The translations under genes were made by a program, and so were the position numbers. Positions 25,709-38,972 of a stretch of 64,000 nt of DNA are shown piece after piece; position 1 is the first letter of the stretch, and each line of letters starts with the position of its first letter. The stretch comes from Squalus acanthias (Eukaryota), in NCBI GenBank assembly GCA_030390025.1, contig CM059433.1:1860001-1924000 (forward strand), in the 5' to 3' direction. The notes under the pieces are model-generated. The model saw only the letters and a program-made list of their open reading frames with translations, was not told the DNA's origin and did no database searches.

Positions 25709-27290
25709 ACATAGAAACATAGAAAATAGGTACAGGAGTAGACCATTCGGTCCTTCGAGCCTGCACCGCCATTCAATGCGTTCATGGCTGAACATGCTAC
25801 CTCAGTACCCCATTCCTGCTTTCTCGCCATACCCCTTCATCCCCTTAGTTGTGAGTGTTATATCTAACTCCCTTTTGAATATATTTAGCGAACTGGCCTC
25901 AACAACCTTCTGTGGAAGAGAATTCCATAGATTCACCACTCTCTGGGTGAAGAAGTTCCTCCTCAGCTCAGTCCTAAATGGCTTCCCCTTAATCCTTAGA
26001 CTGTGACCCCTGGTTCTAGTTTTCCCTACCATTGGGAACATTCTGCCTGCATCTAATTTGTCTAAACCAGTCAGGATTTTAAATGTCTCTATAAGATCCC
26101 CCCTCATTCTTCTGAACTCCAGAGGATACAAGTTCAGTTGACCCAATCTTTCTTGATATGTCAGTCCGGCCATCCCAGGAATCAATCTAGTGAACCTTCG
26201 CTGCACTCCCTCAATAGCAAGAATGTCCTTCCTTAAGTTAGGAGACCAAAACTGCGCACAATACTCCAGGTGTGGCCTCACCAAGGCCCTGTACAACTGT
26301 AGCATCACCTCCCTACTCCTGTACTCAAATCCCCTTGCTATGAAGGCCATCATTCCGTTTGCTTTCTTGACTGCCTGCTGCACTTGCATTCCCACCTTCA
26401 GTGACTGATGTACCATGACGCCCAGGTCTCGTTGCACGTCCCCTTTCCCTAATCTGCCACCATTCAGGTAATAGTCCGCCTCTCTATTTTTACCACCAAA
26501 GTGGATAACCTCACATTTATCCACATTGTACTTCATCTGCCATACATTTGCCCATTCACCCAACCTGTCCAAGTCACTCTGTAGCCTCCTAGCATCCTCC
26601 TCATTGTTCACACTGCCTCCCAATTTAGTGTCATCCGCAAATTTGGAGATATTACATTTAATCCCTTCGTCCAAATCATTAATATATAATGTAAACAGCT
26701 GGGGTCCCAGCACCGAACCCTGCGGTACCCCGCTGGTCACTGCCTGCCATTCTGAAAAGTACCCATTTACTCCTACTCTTTGTTTCCTGTGTGCCAACCA
26801 GTTCTCAATCCACGTCAACACATTACCCCCAATCCCATGTGCTTTAACTTTGCTCACCAATCTCTTGTGTGGGACCTTGTCGAAGGCCTTCTGAAAGACC
26901 AAATACACCACATCTACTGGTTCCCCCCTGTCCACCCTATTGGAAACATCCTCAAAAAATTCCAGAAGATTTGTCAAGCATGATTTCCCTTTCACAAATC
27001 CATGCTGACTTGGACCTATCATGTCGCCACTTTCCAAATGGTCTGTTATGACATCTTTAATAATTGCTTCCATCATTTTACCCACGACCGATGTCAGGCT
27101 GACCGGTCTATATTCCCTGCTTTCTCCCTCCCTCCTTTTTTAAAAAGAGGGGTTACATTGGCCACCGTCCACTCCATCGGAACTGATCCAGAGTCTAAGG
27201 AATGTTGGAAAATGATCGTCAATGCATCCACTATTTCCAAGGCCACCTCCTTAAGTACTCTGGGATGCAGACCATCAGGCCCCGGGGATT
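25709..27290 (-). mobile_element. CR1 LINE, 5'-truncated, with open RT frame 25802-27085
   Basis: [20 protein letters not shown] and RPHLEY motifs; (TTTCTATG)n tail. Confidence 0.95.
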
Positions 27291-28104
27291 TTTTTTTTGT
27301 ACACTGATATCACACGGTACACTTTCTATACTGGCCATAAATTAGAAAATCAAACATCATGTTACAGCTAAAGCTTTCAGATTCATCTACTCATAAAACA
27401 AAAACCTCCTGCCTGTAATTAATACAGTGCTTCACTACAACGCACACAGTGGCTTCGAATACGCCTTCCTTCACAAAAAAATTTCTTTTCTATAACACAT
27501 AGCTCAGAAGATTTTTAATGGTCCTTTGTTATGGAGCGAGTTCACTGTGGTTGCTGAGCATTAGTCGGAATGCACATATCACAGGAAACAGAGGTTTGTG
27601 AAGTAAAACGGAATTCTTGTTGAAAAGCACACCTGTTCGTAGAACAGGAATTATGGCCCAGAAATTCGGGGGTTTAGCGCCGGCCGTTAAGGCCCATTTT
27701 GAAGAAAAAATGGCGTCCGCCTCGCTTCTGACCGGGTCCGGCGGCAGCTGCCATTTTGGGCGGGTCGGCAGCGCCGTCGTTGCCTGTGCTCGGTGTAGAA
27801 ATGGAAATGAGGCAGATCATGACATCAATGAGTGTGCAACGCTCACTTGACGCACAATCTGCCATTTGCGCCGTCGCCACTCCACTTACCGCCCTCTCTT
27901 AATCACAACCAGCTGAGCAAGCGTTCAGCAGCAGGAGGGAGGCTCCAGCAGTGATATTGAAAGGGATTATGAGCCACAACTTGCAGCTGACATGGTTTTC
28001 CAGTTTGACTGGTGCTGTGGAACACTCTACAACTCTTGCAGCTTTCTAAACTTGTTTCAAGTTCCTAAGGTCACAGGGAGTGTTGGTGCAAGTGGAGAAC
28101 GCCT

Positions 28105-29935
28105 TCATTTTTAAAATTCGCTTATGGGATCTGGGCGTCGCTGGCAAGGCCAGCATTTATTGCCCATCCCTAATTGCCCTCGAGAAGGTGGTGGTGAGCC
28201 GCCTTCTTAAACCGCTGCAGTCCGTGTGGTGAAGGTGCTCCCACAGTGCTGTTAGGGAGGGAGTTCCAGGATTTTGACCCAGCAACGATGAAGGATCGGC
28301 GATATACTTCTAAGTCAGGATGGTATGTGACTTGAACATAAGAACATAAGAAATAGGAGCAGGAGTAGGCCAATCAGCCCTTCGAGCCTGCTCCACCATT
28401 CAATAAGATCATGGCTGATCTGATCCTAACCTCAAATCTAAAGAACACAAGAAGTAGGAGCAGGACCCGGCCACTCAGCCCCTGGGCCCGCTCCGCCACC
28501 CACAGGGCCCTGACCAATCCGAACTCAGCCTCATGTCCAATTTCCTGCCCGCTCACCATAACCCCTAATTCCCTTTACCTCTAGGAAACTATCTATTTCT
28601 GTTTTAAATTTATTTAATGATGTACCTTCCACAGCTTCCTGGGGCAGCAAATTCCACAGACCTACTACCCTCTGAGTGAAGAAGTTTCTCCTCATCTCAG
28701 TTTTGAAAGAGCAGCCCCTTATTCTAAGATTATGCCCCCTAGTTCTAGTTTCACCCATCCTTGGGAACATCCTTACCACATCCACCCGATCAAGCCCCTT
28801 CACAATCTTATATGTTTCAATAAGATCGCCTCTCATTCCTCTGAACTCCAATGAGTAGAGTCCCAATCTACTCAACCTCTCCTCATATGTCCACCCCCTC
28901 ATCCCCGGGATTAACCGAGTGAACCTTCTTTGTACTGCCTCGAGAGCAAGTATGTCTTTTCCTAAGTATGGACACCAAAACTGTACGCAGTATTCCAGGT
29001 GCGGTCTCACCAATACCTTATATAACTGCAGCAATACCTCCCTGTTTTTATAATCTATCCCCCTAGCAATAAAAGCCAACAATCCATTGGCCTTCTTGAT
29101 CACCTGCCAAGATGACTTGGAGGGGAACTTGGAGGTGGTGGTGTTCCCATGCGCCTGCTGCCCTTGACCTTCTAGGTGGAAGAGGTTGCGGGTTTTGGAG
29201 GTGCTGCCGAAGAAGCCTTGGCGAGTTGCTGCAGTGCATCTTGTAGATGGTACACACTGCAGCCACGGTACGTCGATGGTGGAGAGAGTGAATGTTTAAG
29301 GTGGTGGATAGGGTGCAATCAAGCAGGCTGCTTTGTCCTGGATGGTGTCGAGCTTCTTGAGTGTTGTTGGAGCTGCACTCATCCAGGCAAGTGGAGAGTA
29401 TTCCATCACATTCCTTACTTGTGCCTTGTAGATGGTGGAAAGCCTTTGGGGAGTCAGGAGGTGAGACACTCGCCGCAGAATACCCAGCCTCTGACCTGCT
29501 CTTGTTACCACAGTATTTATGTGGCTGGTCCAGTTAAGTTTCTGGTTAATGGTGACCCCCAGGATATTGATCGTGGGGGATTCGGCGATAGTAATGCCGT
29601 TGAATGTCAAGGGGAGGTGGTTAGACTCTCGCTTGTTGGAGATAGTCATTGCCTGGCACTTCTGTGGCGCGAATGTTACCTGCCACTTATCAGTCCAAGC
29701 CTGAACGTCGTCCAGGTCTTGTTGCATGCGGGCACGGACTGCTTCATTATCTGAGGAGTTGTGAATGGCGCGGAACACTGTGCAATCATCAGCAAACATC
29801 CTCGCTTCTGACCTTATGGTGGAGGGAAGGTCATTGATGAAGCAGCTGAAGATGGTTGGGCCTAGGACACTGCCCTGAGGAACTCCTGCAGCGATGTCCT
29901 GGATCGGTGATGATTGACCTTCAACCACCACTACC
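28105..29935 (-). mobile_element. CR1/L2-group LINE family B, 5'-truncated
   Basis: [15 protein letters not shown] and YKAQVRNVMEY motifs; tail GGCAATAAATGCTGGCC. Confidence 0.88.
28335..29106 (-). mobile_element. CR1 3' fragment nested in LINE B
   Basis: RPHLEY motif; TSD TGACTTG at 28328-28334 and 29113-29119. Confidence 0.92.
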
Positions 29936-30888
29936 ATCTCATGCTCATTTAAAGGCTTCTGCTCAGACCACGTGCTCACAATCATGGGGGCTCTACTGGC
30001 AGTCCACCTCACGCTCGAGTATCTTCGGGAGAGGGAGCGGAGGCAGCCAAGAAGAGGACTAGCTGTGCAGAGGGAGGAGGAGGAGGGCCGGGAGGGCTAG
30101 ATGTAACAGCAGAGCACTTGGAAAACAGTGACAGGATCGGACAAAGTCAACATGGATTTACAAAAAGTAAATCATGCTTGACTAATCTACTGGAATTTTT
30201 TGAGGATGTAACTGGTAGGATAGATAAGGGAGAACCAGTGGATGTGGTGTATTTTGACTTTCAGAAGGCTTTCAATAAGGTCCCGCATAAGAGATTAGCG
30301 TGCAAAGTTAAAGCACATGGGATTGGGGGTAAGGTACTGACTTGGATAGAGAACTGGTTGGCAGACAGGAAGCAAAGAGTTGGAATAAACGGGTCTTTTT
30401 CCGAGTGGCAAGCAGTGACTAGTGGGGTACCGCGGGGATTGGTCCTAGGACCCCAGCTATTCACAATATATATTAATGATCTAGACGAGGGAACTAGATG
30501 TAATATCTCCAAGTTTGCAGACGACACAAAGCTTGGTGGGCATGTGTGCTGTGAGGAGGATGCAGAGAAACTCCAGGATGATTTGGACAGGTTGGGTGAT
30601 TAGGCAGAAGCATGGCAGATGCAGTATAATGTGGATAAATGTGAGGTTATCCACTTTGGTGGCAAAAACAGGAAGACAGATTATTATCTGAACGGCAATA
30701 GATTGGGAAAAGGGGAAGTGCAACAAGACCTGGGTGTCCTTGTGCACCAGTCGCTGATGGTAAGCATGCAGGTGCAGCAGGCGGTTAAGAAGGCAAATGG
30801 TATGTTGGCCTTCATAGCGAGAGGATTCGAGTACAGGAGCAAGGATGTCTTGCTGCAGTTGTACAGGGCCTTGGTGAGACCACACCTT

Positions 30889-31782
30889 GGGGTAAAAATT
30901 CACTTGGTTGCGCCTCCCGTTAGCGCCTTAAGAGGGCGCTAATGGGGCGCAAAGCCGCTAACGCCCGGGCGCAGCGATGTTTGCGCCGCTCGAGAACTTA
31001 ACTTGAGATTGTGCGGCGGCGCTAAAACTTACCGCTGCGACCACCTGCGCGCGCAGATTGTGACGTCATTCCATGGTGCAACGCCCTTGTGGCGCCCCGT
31101 AGCGGAAATTGAGTGGCGCCCCCTGCCTTACCGCCTGGCGCTTCCAACGACCAGAAGACTGGAACGCTATCAATCGCTGTGGGGCTGGGGGGGGCGCTAT
31201 TTAAAGGGGGCCTCTTCCTGTCTTTTATTGTTGGTGGCATTTTTGAACTACGCATTCTGAGAGAGAGAGGGAGAGACTTCTGGAGAGATTCAACGTTGTG
31301 TGAAGGAGTTTTGGGTACTGAGCAGCACTTTGCAGGTTCATTTTGATTTGCCATTCCTTGTATCGATTTAGCAGAGACTGTGGGAGCTGCACTCTGAGCT
31401 CTTTGCCTGGTACGCTCCATTGTTCTTTCCAGCACATTTGATGTGCAAGTCTCTCCAGGCCGAGATTCAAGGCAGCAATGAACAGGATGTTGATGGAAAG
31501 CAAGATTAACCATCCCCTTTAAGAACTGGCCCGTGCCATTGTGTGTGTGTTCCATTGCTGACTGACATTACATGAGCTTCGCCAGCGCTCCGAGGTAGCG
31601 CCTCACTGCTCGGCCTTTTGCGCCTTAAGAGAGGTGTGCAGCGCCTGCTTTAGCGCTCCACTCACCTCCCGGGGCGGTAAAAGTGAAGTTTCCTGTCAGT
31701 GCCGATAATTAGCGCCAGGCGCTAATATTTGCGTCCGGACGATATTTGCGCCCCAAATGGGGCGCGACCTAATTTCTACCCC
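30889..31782 (+). mobile_element. Harbinger-1 MITE, copy 2
   Basis: TIRs GGGGTAAAAATT / AATTTCTACCCC; 3-bp TSD CTT within the CR1 RPHL|EY codons. Confidence 0.95.
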
Positions 31783-32280
31783 CTTGAGTATTGTGTGCAG
31801 TTTTGGTTGCCTTATCTGAGGAAGGATGTTCTTGCCATGGAGAGAGTGTAGCGAAGATTCACCAGACTGATACCTGGGATGGCAGGAATGACGTATGAAG
31901 AGAGATTGGGTCGATTAGGCTTATATTCGCTAGAGTTTAGAAGAATGAGAGGGGATCTCATTGAAACTTATAAAATTCTAACAGGACTAGACAGACTAGA
32001 TGCAGGAAGGATGTTCCCGATGGCGGGGGAGTCCAGAACCAGGGGTCACAGTCTAAGGATAAGGGGTAAGCCATTTAGGACTGAGATGAGGAGGAATTTC
32101 TTCACCCAGTGAGTGGTGAACCTGTGGAGTTCACTACCACAGAAGGCAGTTGAGGCCAATTCATTAAATATATTCAAGAAGGAGTTAGATATATTTCTTA
32201 AGGCTAAAGGGATCAAGGGATATGGGGAGAAAGCAGGGACAGGATACTGAATTTGGATGATCAGCCATGATCTCATTAAA

Positions 32281-35005
32281 ACATAGAAACATAGAAACAT
32301 AGAAGATAGGAGCAGGAGTAGGCCATTCGGCCCCTCGAGCCTGCTCCGCCATTCGATGCGATCATGGCTGATCATCCAAACTCAGTACCCTGTCCCTGCC
32401 TTCTCCCCATATCCCTTGATACCTTTAGCTTTAAGAAATATATCTAACTCATTCTTGAATATATTTAATGACTTCGCCTCAACTACCTTCTGTGGTAGAG
32501 AATCCCACAGGTTCACCACTCTCTGGGTGAAGAAATTCTTCCTCATTTCTGTCCTAAATGGTTTACCCGTTATCCATAGATTATGACCCCTGGTTCTGGA
32601 CTCTCCGACCATCGGGAACATTCTTCCTGCATCTAGTTTGTCCAGACCTGTCAGAATTTTATATGTTTCGATGAGATCCCCTCTCATTCTTCTATACTCC
32701 AGTGAGTATAAGCCCAATCGACCCAATCTCTCCTCATATGTCATTCCTGCCATCCAGGTATCAGCCTTGTGAATCTTCGCTGAACTCCTTCCATGGCAAG
32801 AACATCCTTCCTCAGATAAGGCGACCAAAACTGCACACAGTACTCAAGGTGTGGTCTCACCAAGGCCCTGTACAACTGCAGCAGGACATCCCTGTTCCTA
32901 TACTCAAACCCTTACGCTATGAAGGCCAACATACCATTTGCCTTCTTCACCGCCTGCTGCACCTGCATGCTTACTTTCAGCGATGGTGCACAAGGACACC
33001 CAGGTCTCGTTGCACTTCCCCTTCTCCCAATCTATTGCCATTCAGATAATAGTCTGCCTTTCTGTTTTTGACACCAAAGTGGATAACCTCGCACTTATCC
33101 ACGTTATATTGCATCTGCCACGCTTCTGCCCACTCACCCAACCTGTCCAGATCATCCTGGAGTTTCTCGCTATCCTCCTCACTGTACACACTCCCACCCA
33201 GCTTTGTGTCATCTGCAAACTTGGAGATATTACATTTAATTCCCTTATCTAGATCATTAATGTATATTGTGAATAGCTGGGGCCCAAGGACCGATCCCTG
33301 CGGTACCCCACTAGTCACTGCTTGCCACTCGGAAAAAGACCCATTCATTCCTACTCTCTGCTTTCTGTCCGCCAACCAGTTCTCTATCCAAGTCAATACC
33401 TTGCCCCCAATCCCATGTGCCTTAACGTTACCCGCTAATCTCTTATGCGGGACCTTATCGAAAGCCTTTTGAAAGTCCAAATACACCACATCTACTGGTT
33501 CTCCCTTATCTATTTTCCCAGTTACATCCTCAAAAAATTCCAGTAGATTAGTCAAGCACGATTTACCTTTTGTAAATCCATGTTGACTTTGTCCGATCCT
33601 GTCACTGTTTTTCAAATGCTCAGCTATTACATCCTTTATAATGGACTCTAGCATTTTCCCCACTACCGATGTCAGGCTTACCGGTCTGTAATTCCCCGCT
33701 TTCTCTCTACCACCCTTTTTGAATAGTGGGGTAACATTAGCTACCCTCCAATCCATGGGTACAGTTCCAGATTCCATCGAATGTTGGAAGATGATCAGCA
33801 ATGCATCTACTATTTCTAGGGCCACTTCCTTAAGTACCCTAGGATGTAGATTATCAGGCCCTGGGGATTTATCGGCCTTCAATACCGTCAATTTCCCTAA
33901 CACCATTTCCCTGCAAATACTGATTTCTTTCAGTTCCTCCCTTTCATCAGACCGTATGTTCTCCAACATCTCTGGGAGGTTATTTGTGTCCTCCTTTGTG
34001 AAGACAGAACCAAAATATGCATTTAATTGGGCTGCCATTTCTTTGTTCCCCATTATAACTTCCCCCTACTTCTGACTGCAAGGGACCTACACTTGATTTC
34101 ACTAATCTTTTTCTCTTCACATATCTATAAAAGCTCTTACAGTCAGTTTTTATGTTCCCAGCAAGCTTACTTTCATATTCTATTTTCCCCTTCTTAATTA
34201 ATCCCTTTGTCCTCCTTTGTTGAATCCTAAACTGCTCCCAATCCTCAGGGCTACCGCTTTTTCTGGCCAATTTATATGCCCTCTCCTTGGATCTTATGCT
34301 ATCCCTAATTTCCCTTGTTAGCCACGGTTGAGTCACCCTTTTTGTTTTATTCTTATGCCACACTGGGATGTACAAATTCTGTAGTTCATCCATGCAGTCT
34401 TTGAATGTTTGCCATTGCCTATCCACCGTCAACCCCTTGAGTGACATTCCCCAATCAATCCTACCCAATTCGCGCCTCATACCATCGTAGTTTCCTTTAT
34501 TTAAATTCAGGACCCTAGTCTCTGATTCAACTACTTCACTCTCCATCCTAATGAAGAATTCTATCATATTATGATCACTCTGACCCAAGGGGCCTCGTAC
34601 AACAAGATTGCTAATTAATCCTTTCTCGTTGCATATTACCCAGTCTAAGATGGCCTGATCTCTGGTTGGTTCCTCGACATATTGTTCCAGAAAACCATCT
34701 CGTAAACATTCTAGGAATTCCTCCTCCACAGTATTTTTACTAATTTGGTTAGCCCAATCTATATGTAAATTAAAGTCACCCATGATGACTGCTGTGCCCT
34801 TACTGCATGCTTCTCTAATTTCCCTTTTAATGCCGTCCCCAACCTCCGTATTACTGTTTGGAGGTCTATATACCACTCCCACTAACGTTTTCTGCCCCTT
34901 GTTATTTCTCAGTTCTACCCATACAGATTCCGCATCATCAGAGCTAATATCCTTCCTTCAATTGTGTTAATCCCCTCTTTAACCAGCAATGCTAACCCAC
35001 CTCCC
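32281..35005 (-). mobile_element. CR1 (partial APE endonuclease plus RT) inserted in a CR1 3' UTR
   Basis: GVVYRPP, MGDFN, SDH and KFADD motifs with frameshifts; TTAAA on both sides (32276-32280 and 35006-35010). Confidence 0.93.
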
Positions 35006-36199
35006 TTAAATGGCGGAACAGGCTTGAGGGGCCGAATGGCCTACTCCTGCTCCTATCTTCTATGTTTCTATGACTCACAACAGGAGGCCATACCCACTAG
35101 GGTCTTCAGAGAGCACTTCTCCTACCTCCACTTAAGGGAGGAGCAGTGTCTTAGGAGGCTCCGCTTCACCAAGGAGGTTGTCACAGAACTCTGCCACCTC
35201 CTGCAGCCAGAGAGCACGGTGACCACAGCTTTCCCAGTGGCCATCAAGATTATCGGGGCCCTCAATTTCTTCGCCAGCTGATCCTTCCAATCTGCAGCAG
35301 GAAACATAGCTAACATCTCATAGTTCGCCGCCCATCGCATCCGGGAGGTGACAGAGGCTCTCTACTCCAGGAGAAGGAACTTCATTGTCTTCTCTCTGAA
35401 CAGAGAGAAGCAGGACGAGTGCGCATGTGGCTTTGGCAGGATAGAGAGCTTCCTCACGGTGCAGGGCGCCATCGACTGCACCCACGTGGCTTTGTGGACA
35501 CGGCATAGCAATCTCGAGATGTTCCGTAACCACAAAGTCAACCATTCACTTAATGTGCAGTTGTTGTGCAACCACACCCAGCGCATCATGATGGTGAATG
35601 CCCGCTATCCTGGCAGCAGTCATGATGCCTTCATCCTGTGCCAGCAATCTTCCAGGCACCACGTCAAACCCAAGGGTGGCTGCTCGGAGACACGGGCTAT
35701 CCGCTCTGCACCTGGCTCATGACTCCACTCCGCAACCCCAACACTCCTGCTCAGCACTCATATAACGAGAGCCATGCTGCCACCAGGAACATCATCGAGC
35801 AGACCATCGGGGTGCTCAAGCAACGGTTCAGCTGCCTTGACTGCTCGGGAGGAGCCCTCCAGTACTCGCTGGAGCGGGTGTTCCATTTCGTGGTGGTCTG
35901 CTGCATGCTTCCATTATACCACCAGGAATTGCTGGACCACCTCAGGAGGAGGAGGAGGGAGAGAAGGAGGAGGAAGAGGATGAGGAAGAGGATGAGGATG
36001 AGGGGAGGGAGGGAGGAGGCAGGCAGCAAATCTCCGTTCCCAATGGGCTGTCCGTGCACACCTCATCAGACTCCGATTCCAGTGAATGGAACCCCAGATC
36101 TCCGTTGCTCACCACTTCCCCATCACACCAGCCCTCTGTCACGGAACATCACAGCGTCCTCAAAAATTGATCAGAATCCAATCAGCTTTACAATATCAA

Positions 36200-38380
36200 C
36201 TAATCACTCTTGTGCAATCCCTTAGTGACTGTTGTTCGTATGCCTTTTCCTACTCTAGTGCTCCTACGCAGTGCTCCCCCAGTGGCTGCAGCATGGCTGG
36301 TGGAAGGCTGCTGACTTTCAGTGGGAGAGACTACAGATGACCTTGCAGGATGACCACCACCAGCTGTGGGCCTAGATGACCCGGCTGTAGACTGCACCAC
36401 CTCGGCATGGGCAGCAGCAGTCTGGGCTGGCTGGCAAGGGCAATGGCGGAGTGGCAGTGGTGGGAGTAGGAATGCTGACATCCTGAGAGAGGACAGCAGG
36501 TTCTTGCTCCAAAGACCCATTGCCACTCCCCCGGGGCAGCGCCTCAGCTTTCCTGGCAATTTGTTGGAGGGCAGATTGCTGGCTTGCTGCGACACCCTGC
36601 AAACCCCTTTCGACACTCATAAACCCAGCGACGATGGCAGCAGTCTGAGCTTGCGTGGCAGCAAGCTGAGCCTGCAGGAGAGCAGTCTGTGCTTTCACTG
36701 CAGCACTGAGACTTTGGGTCGCTTCCACCTGTGCTGCAATGGAAACCGCAACTTCGCCCATCGCACGCAGCATCATGGCTGGGTCCACAAGGTTTCTCCT
36801 GGAGTTGTCCATCATTTCCATCCTGGCAATCATGGGCTCTAAGCTCTGTGCAAAGCCCAGTGCAATGTTGGAGCCGGACTCCTCCATACTCCTTGACACT
36901 GATAAGAGGCTCTCTGGCAGTCTTGCCACTGCACCTAGCATTTCCGTGTGCATGCCCATCACCCTTTTCCTGAAGGCCGCACCATCAAGGTCATCATCCG
37001 AGTCCCAAGCAGCAAAACTCGTGCATGGACTCACCCGCTGGGGAGCTGGTCCCCGAACTACCCTTTCCCTCTGGCCTTGCTGCAGCCCACTTGTGCCTGG
37101 TGCCTCACTATGTGCAGATCCCGCCTCTCTACTACCCTCTAAATTCCACGCAGTGCCATTTCCTGAGCTGGTATCTGAGTGTCAGATGCAGTGATGGTCT
37201 TCTTCTTCTCCTGCATCACTCCTCCATAACATCAGGGACAGGCTGGGCCGGTGGGACTACTTGAGTATCTGAAAGGAGAAAGGCACAAGAGTCGGGTTAT
37301 GGTGAGGAGATGGATGGAAGCAAGATATCCAAGCATACACCATCAGCAGCTTGTAAGTGAGAAGAGATTGTGGGATGAGGGAGAAGTGGGATGTGAGAAG
37401 AAGCATTAGGAATGAGCGTACCGATATTGTCCCCAAGGGCTTCAACTTCTTCCGTTGCCACGGCCTCGGTCACTGCCCCTCCAATGATGTCGAGCACGCT
37501 CTCCTCCAGTTGGCTGAGGGTCTGTACAGCGGCTTGGCTGCCTTCTTGTGACAATAGTGAGCCACCTTGTCCTGCAAGAGAAAGGGACGTGTGTCAGTGA
37601 GTGTGGTGTAGTGTGTTTGGGTGATGTGTGTATCAGTGAGTGTGGTGCAATGTGTTTAGGTGAAGTGTGTCAGTGAGTGTGGTGCATTGTGTTTGGGTGA
37701 AGTGTGTCAGTGAGTGTGGTGCATTGTGTTTGGGTGAAGTGTGTCAGTGAGTGTGGTGCAATGTGTTTGGGTGAAGTGTGTCAGTGAGTGTGGTGCAATG
37801 TGTTTGGGTGATGTGTGTCAGTGAGTGTGGTGCAATGTGTTTGGGTGATGTGTGTGTCAGTGAGTGTAGTGCAATGTGTTTGGGTGATGTGCCTGCCATA
37901 GCTGAATCGATGTCAGTGTGTGCAAGGTGTGAGATGTGGGTGTGAGTGTTGCAGCAGTGGTGAGGTTGCGAGGGTGAATTGAAGCCATGATTGTGAGGTG
38001 CGAGTGGTGCTAGATAGAGATTGTTGGTAGGTGAGTGCTGGGGGTGGGGTGCATTGAGCAGTGTGTGAGGCTTGTGGTGCAGATGCTGGGATATGACATT
38101 TTCTGAAGCCTTCACTCACCTTGACCTGCCGTGTGAGGTCATTAAACTTTTTTCGGCCCTGGATCCACGCCCATGGGACCACACTGGTGGCTGTGACGGA
38201 GTCAGCTATCTCCTCCCACAGCCTTCTGCAAGTGGCCTTGGATGGCTTTCTGCCACCCTGTGGGAACAGGACAGACTGCATCCCTTGAACGGCCACAGCC
38301 AAGGCCTCCAGTGCAGCATCTGAGAACCTTCGTGCTCACTCCCTAGGTGGCTGAGCTATGTCCTCAGCCAGACTGACATT
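36200..38380 (-). pseudogene. Harbinger-2 Myb/SANT-like ORF2, three exons, degraded
   Basis: LWEEIA...RKKFNDL|GTGAGT (exon 1 ends 38120); acceptors before 37571 and 37268; C-terminus QQPSTS...LRRSTR as in Harbinger-1. Confidence 0.82.
37590..37890. repeat. About 35-bp tandem repeat (about 8 units) in Harbinger-2 ORF2 intron 1
   Basis: GTGTCAGTGAGTGTGGTGCAATGTGTTTGGGTGAA units. Confidence 0.93.
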
Positions 38381-38972
38381 GAGGTGCTGCTGCAACAAAG
38401 CAGCTTCCCTTTAAGTAGTGGAGAGAGCCCGGGCCAAACTTTGTTGGCCAGTAGACTGCACCCGATATTCCCCCCCCCCCCCCACCCCCCAACCCCCACG
38501 TTGAGCGCTAAGCCAATCAGTAGCACGTTTAGCGCTGAGATCAGCGCGGCAATCATTATAATGAGAAGGCAGCACAAATTTTGCGTGCTGCCTGGACCAC
38601 TTTCAACAGGCACAGGTAAATAGCGCTGGCCCTTGACACTGCCTGCTTTCGGGCCTAGTCCCATTTCTAGGCCTCTGTTTTAAAAGTTGGTCCCATAAAT
38701 GCAAGGACCTCCTAGTAAACCCCCACCATAATTCCATTCGGCATAAGGCCCAGGAAACGTACAGCGAGTACTGGCCTTCACTGAGAGTTCTCTGGAGGTC
38801 TTGTCAGGGGTGCAAACTCTGTCCACCCCAAAGATAGTCTCCTGTCTCAGAGGGGGCAGGGACACCCAACAGTGGGTAGTCTTGCTTTCCCAGTCTAACT
38901 GAGACCTGGCGTAAGTGTGGAGATCAGTACGTCTAGTTAGATGAGGTTTAACAGCCTCTTAAAGCTTGCCAG

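Larger units (their letters stand above)
30099..35072 (+). mobile_element. CR1 fragment carrying a MITE and an antisense CR1
   Basis: RT motifs at 30118-30888 resume at 31786; 3' UTR breaks at 32280 and resumes at 35011. Confidence 0.9.
29984..36080 (+). pseudogene. Harbinger-2 DDE transposase, split by the CR1 at 30099-35072
   Basis: ATGGGGGCT start as in Harbinger-1; RLRFTKEVV, GAIDCTH, HDAFIL, LLGDTGY and IEQTIG motifs, with stops and frameshifts. Confidence 0.88.
27655..38673 (+). mobile_element. Harbinger-2, a degenerate PIF/Harbinger transposon with nested insertions
   Basis: TIR-like GGCCCAGAAAT / ATTTCTAGGCC; transposase remnant (+) and Myb/SANT ORF2 remnant (-) are convergent. TSD not resolved. 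Confidence 0.8.
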
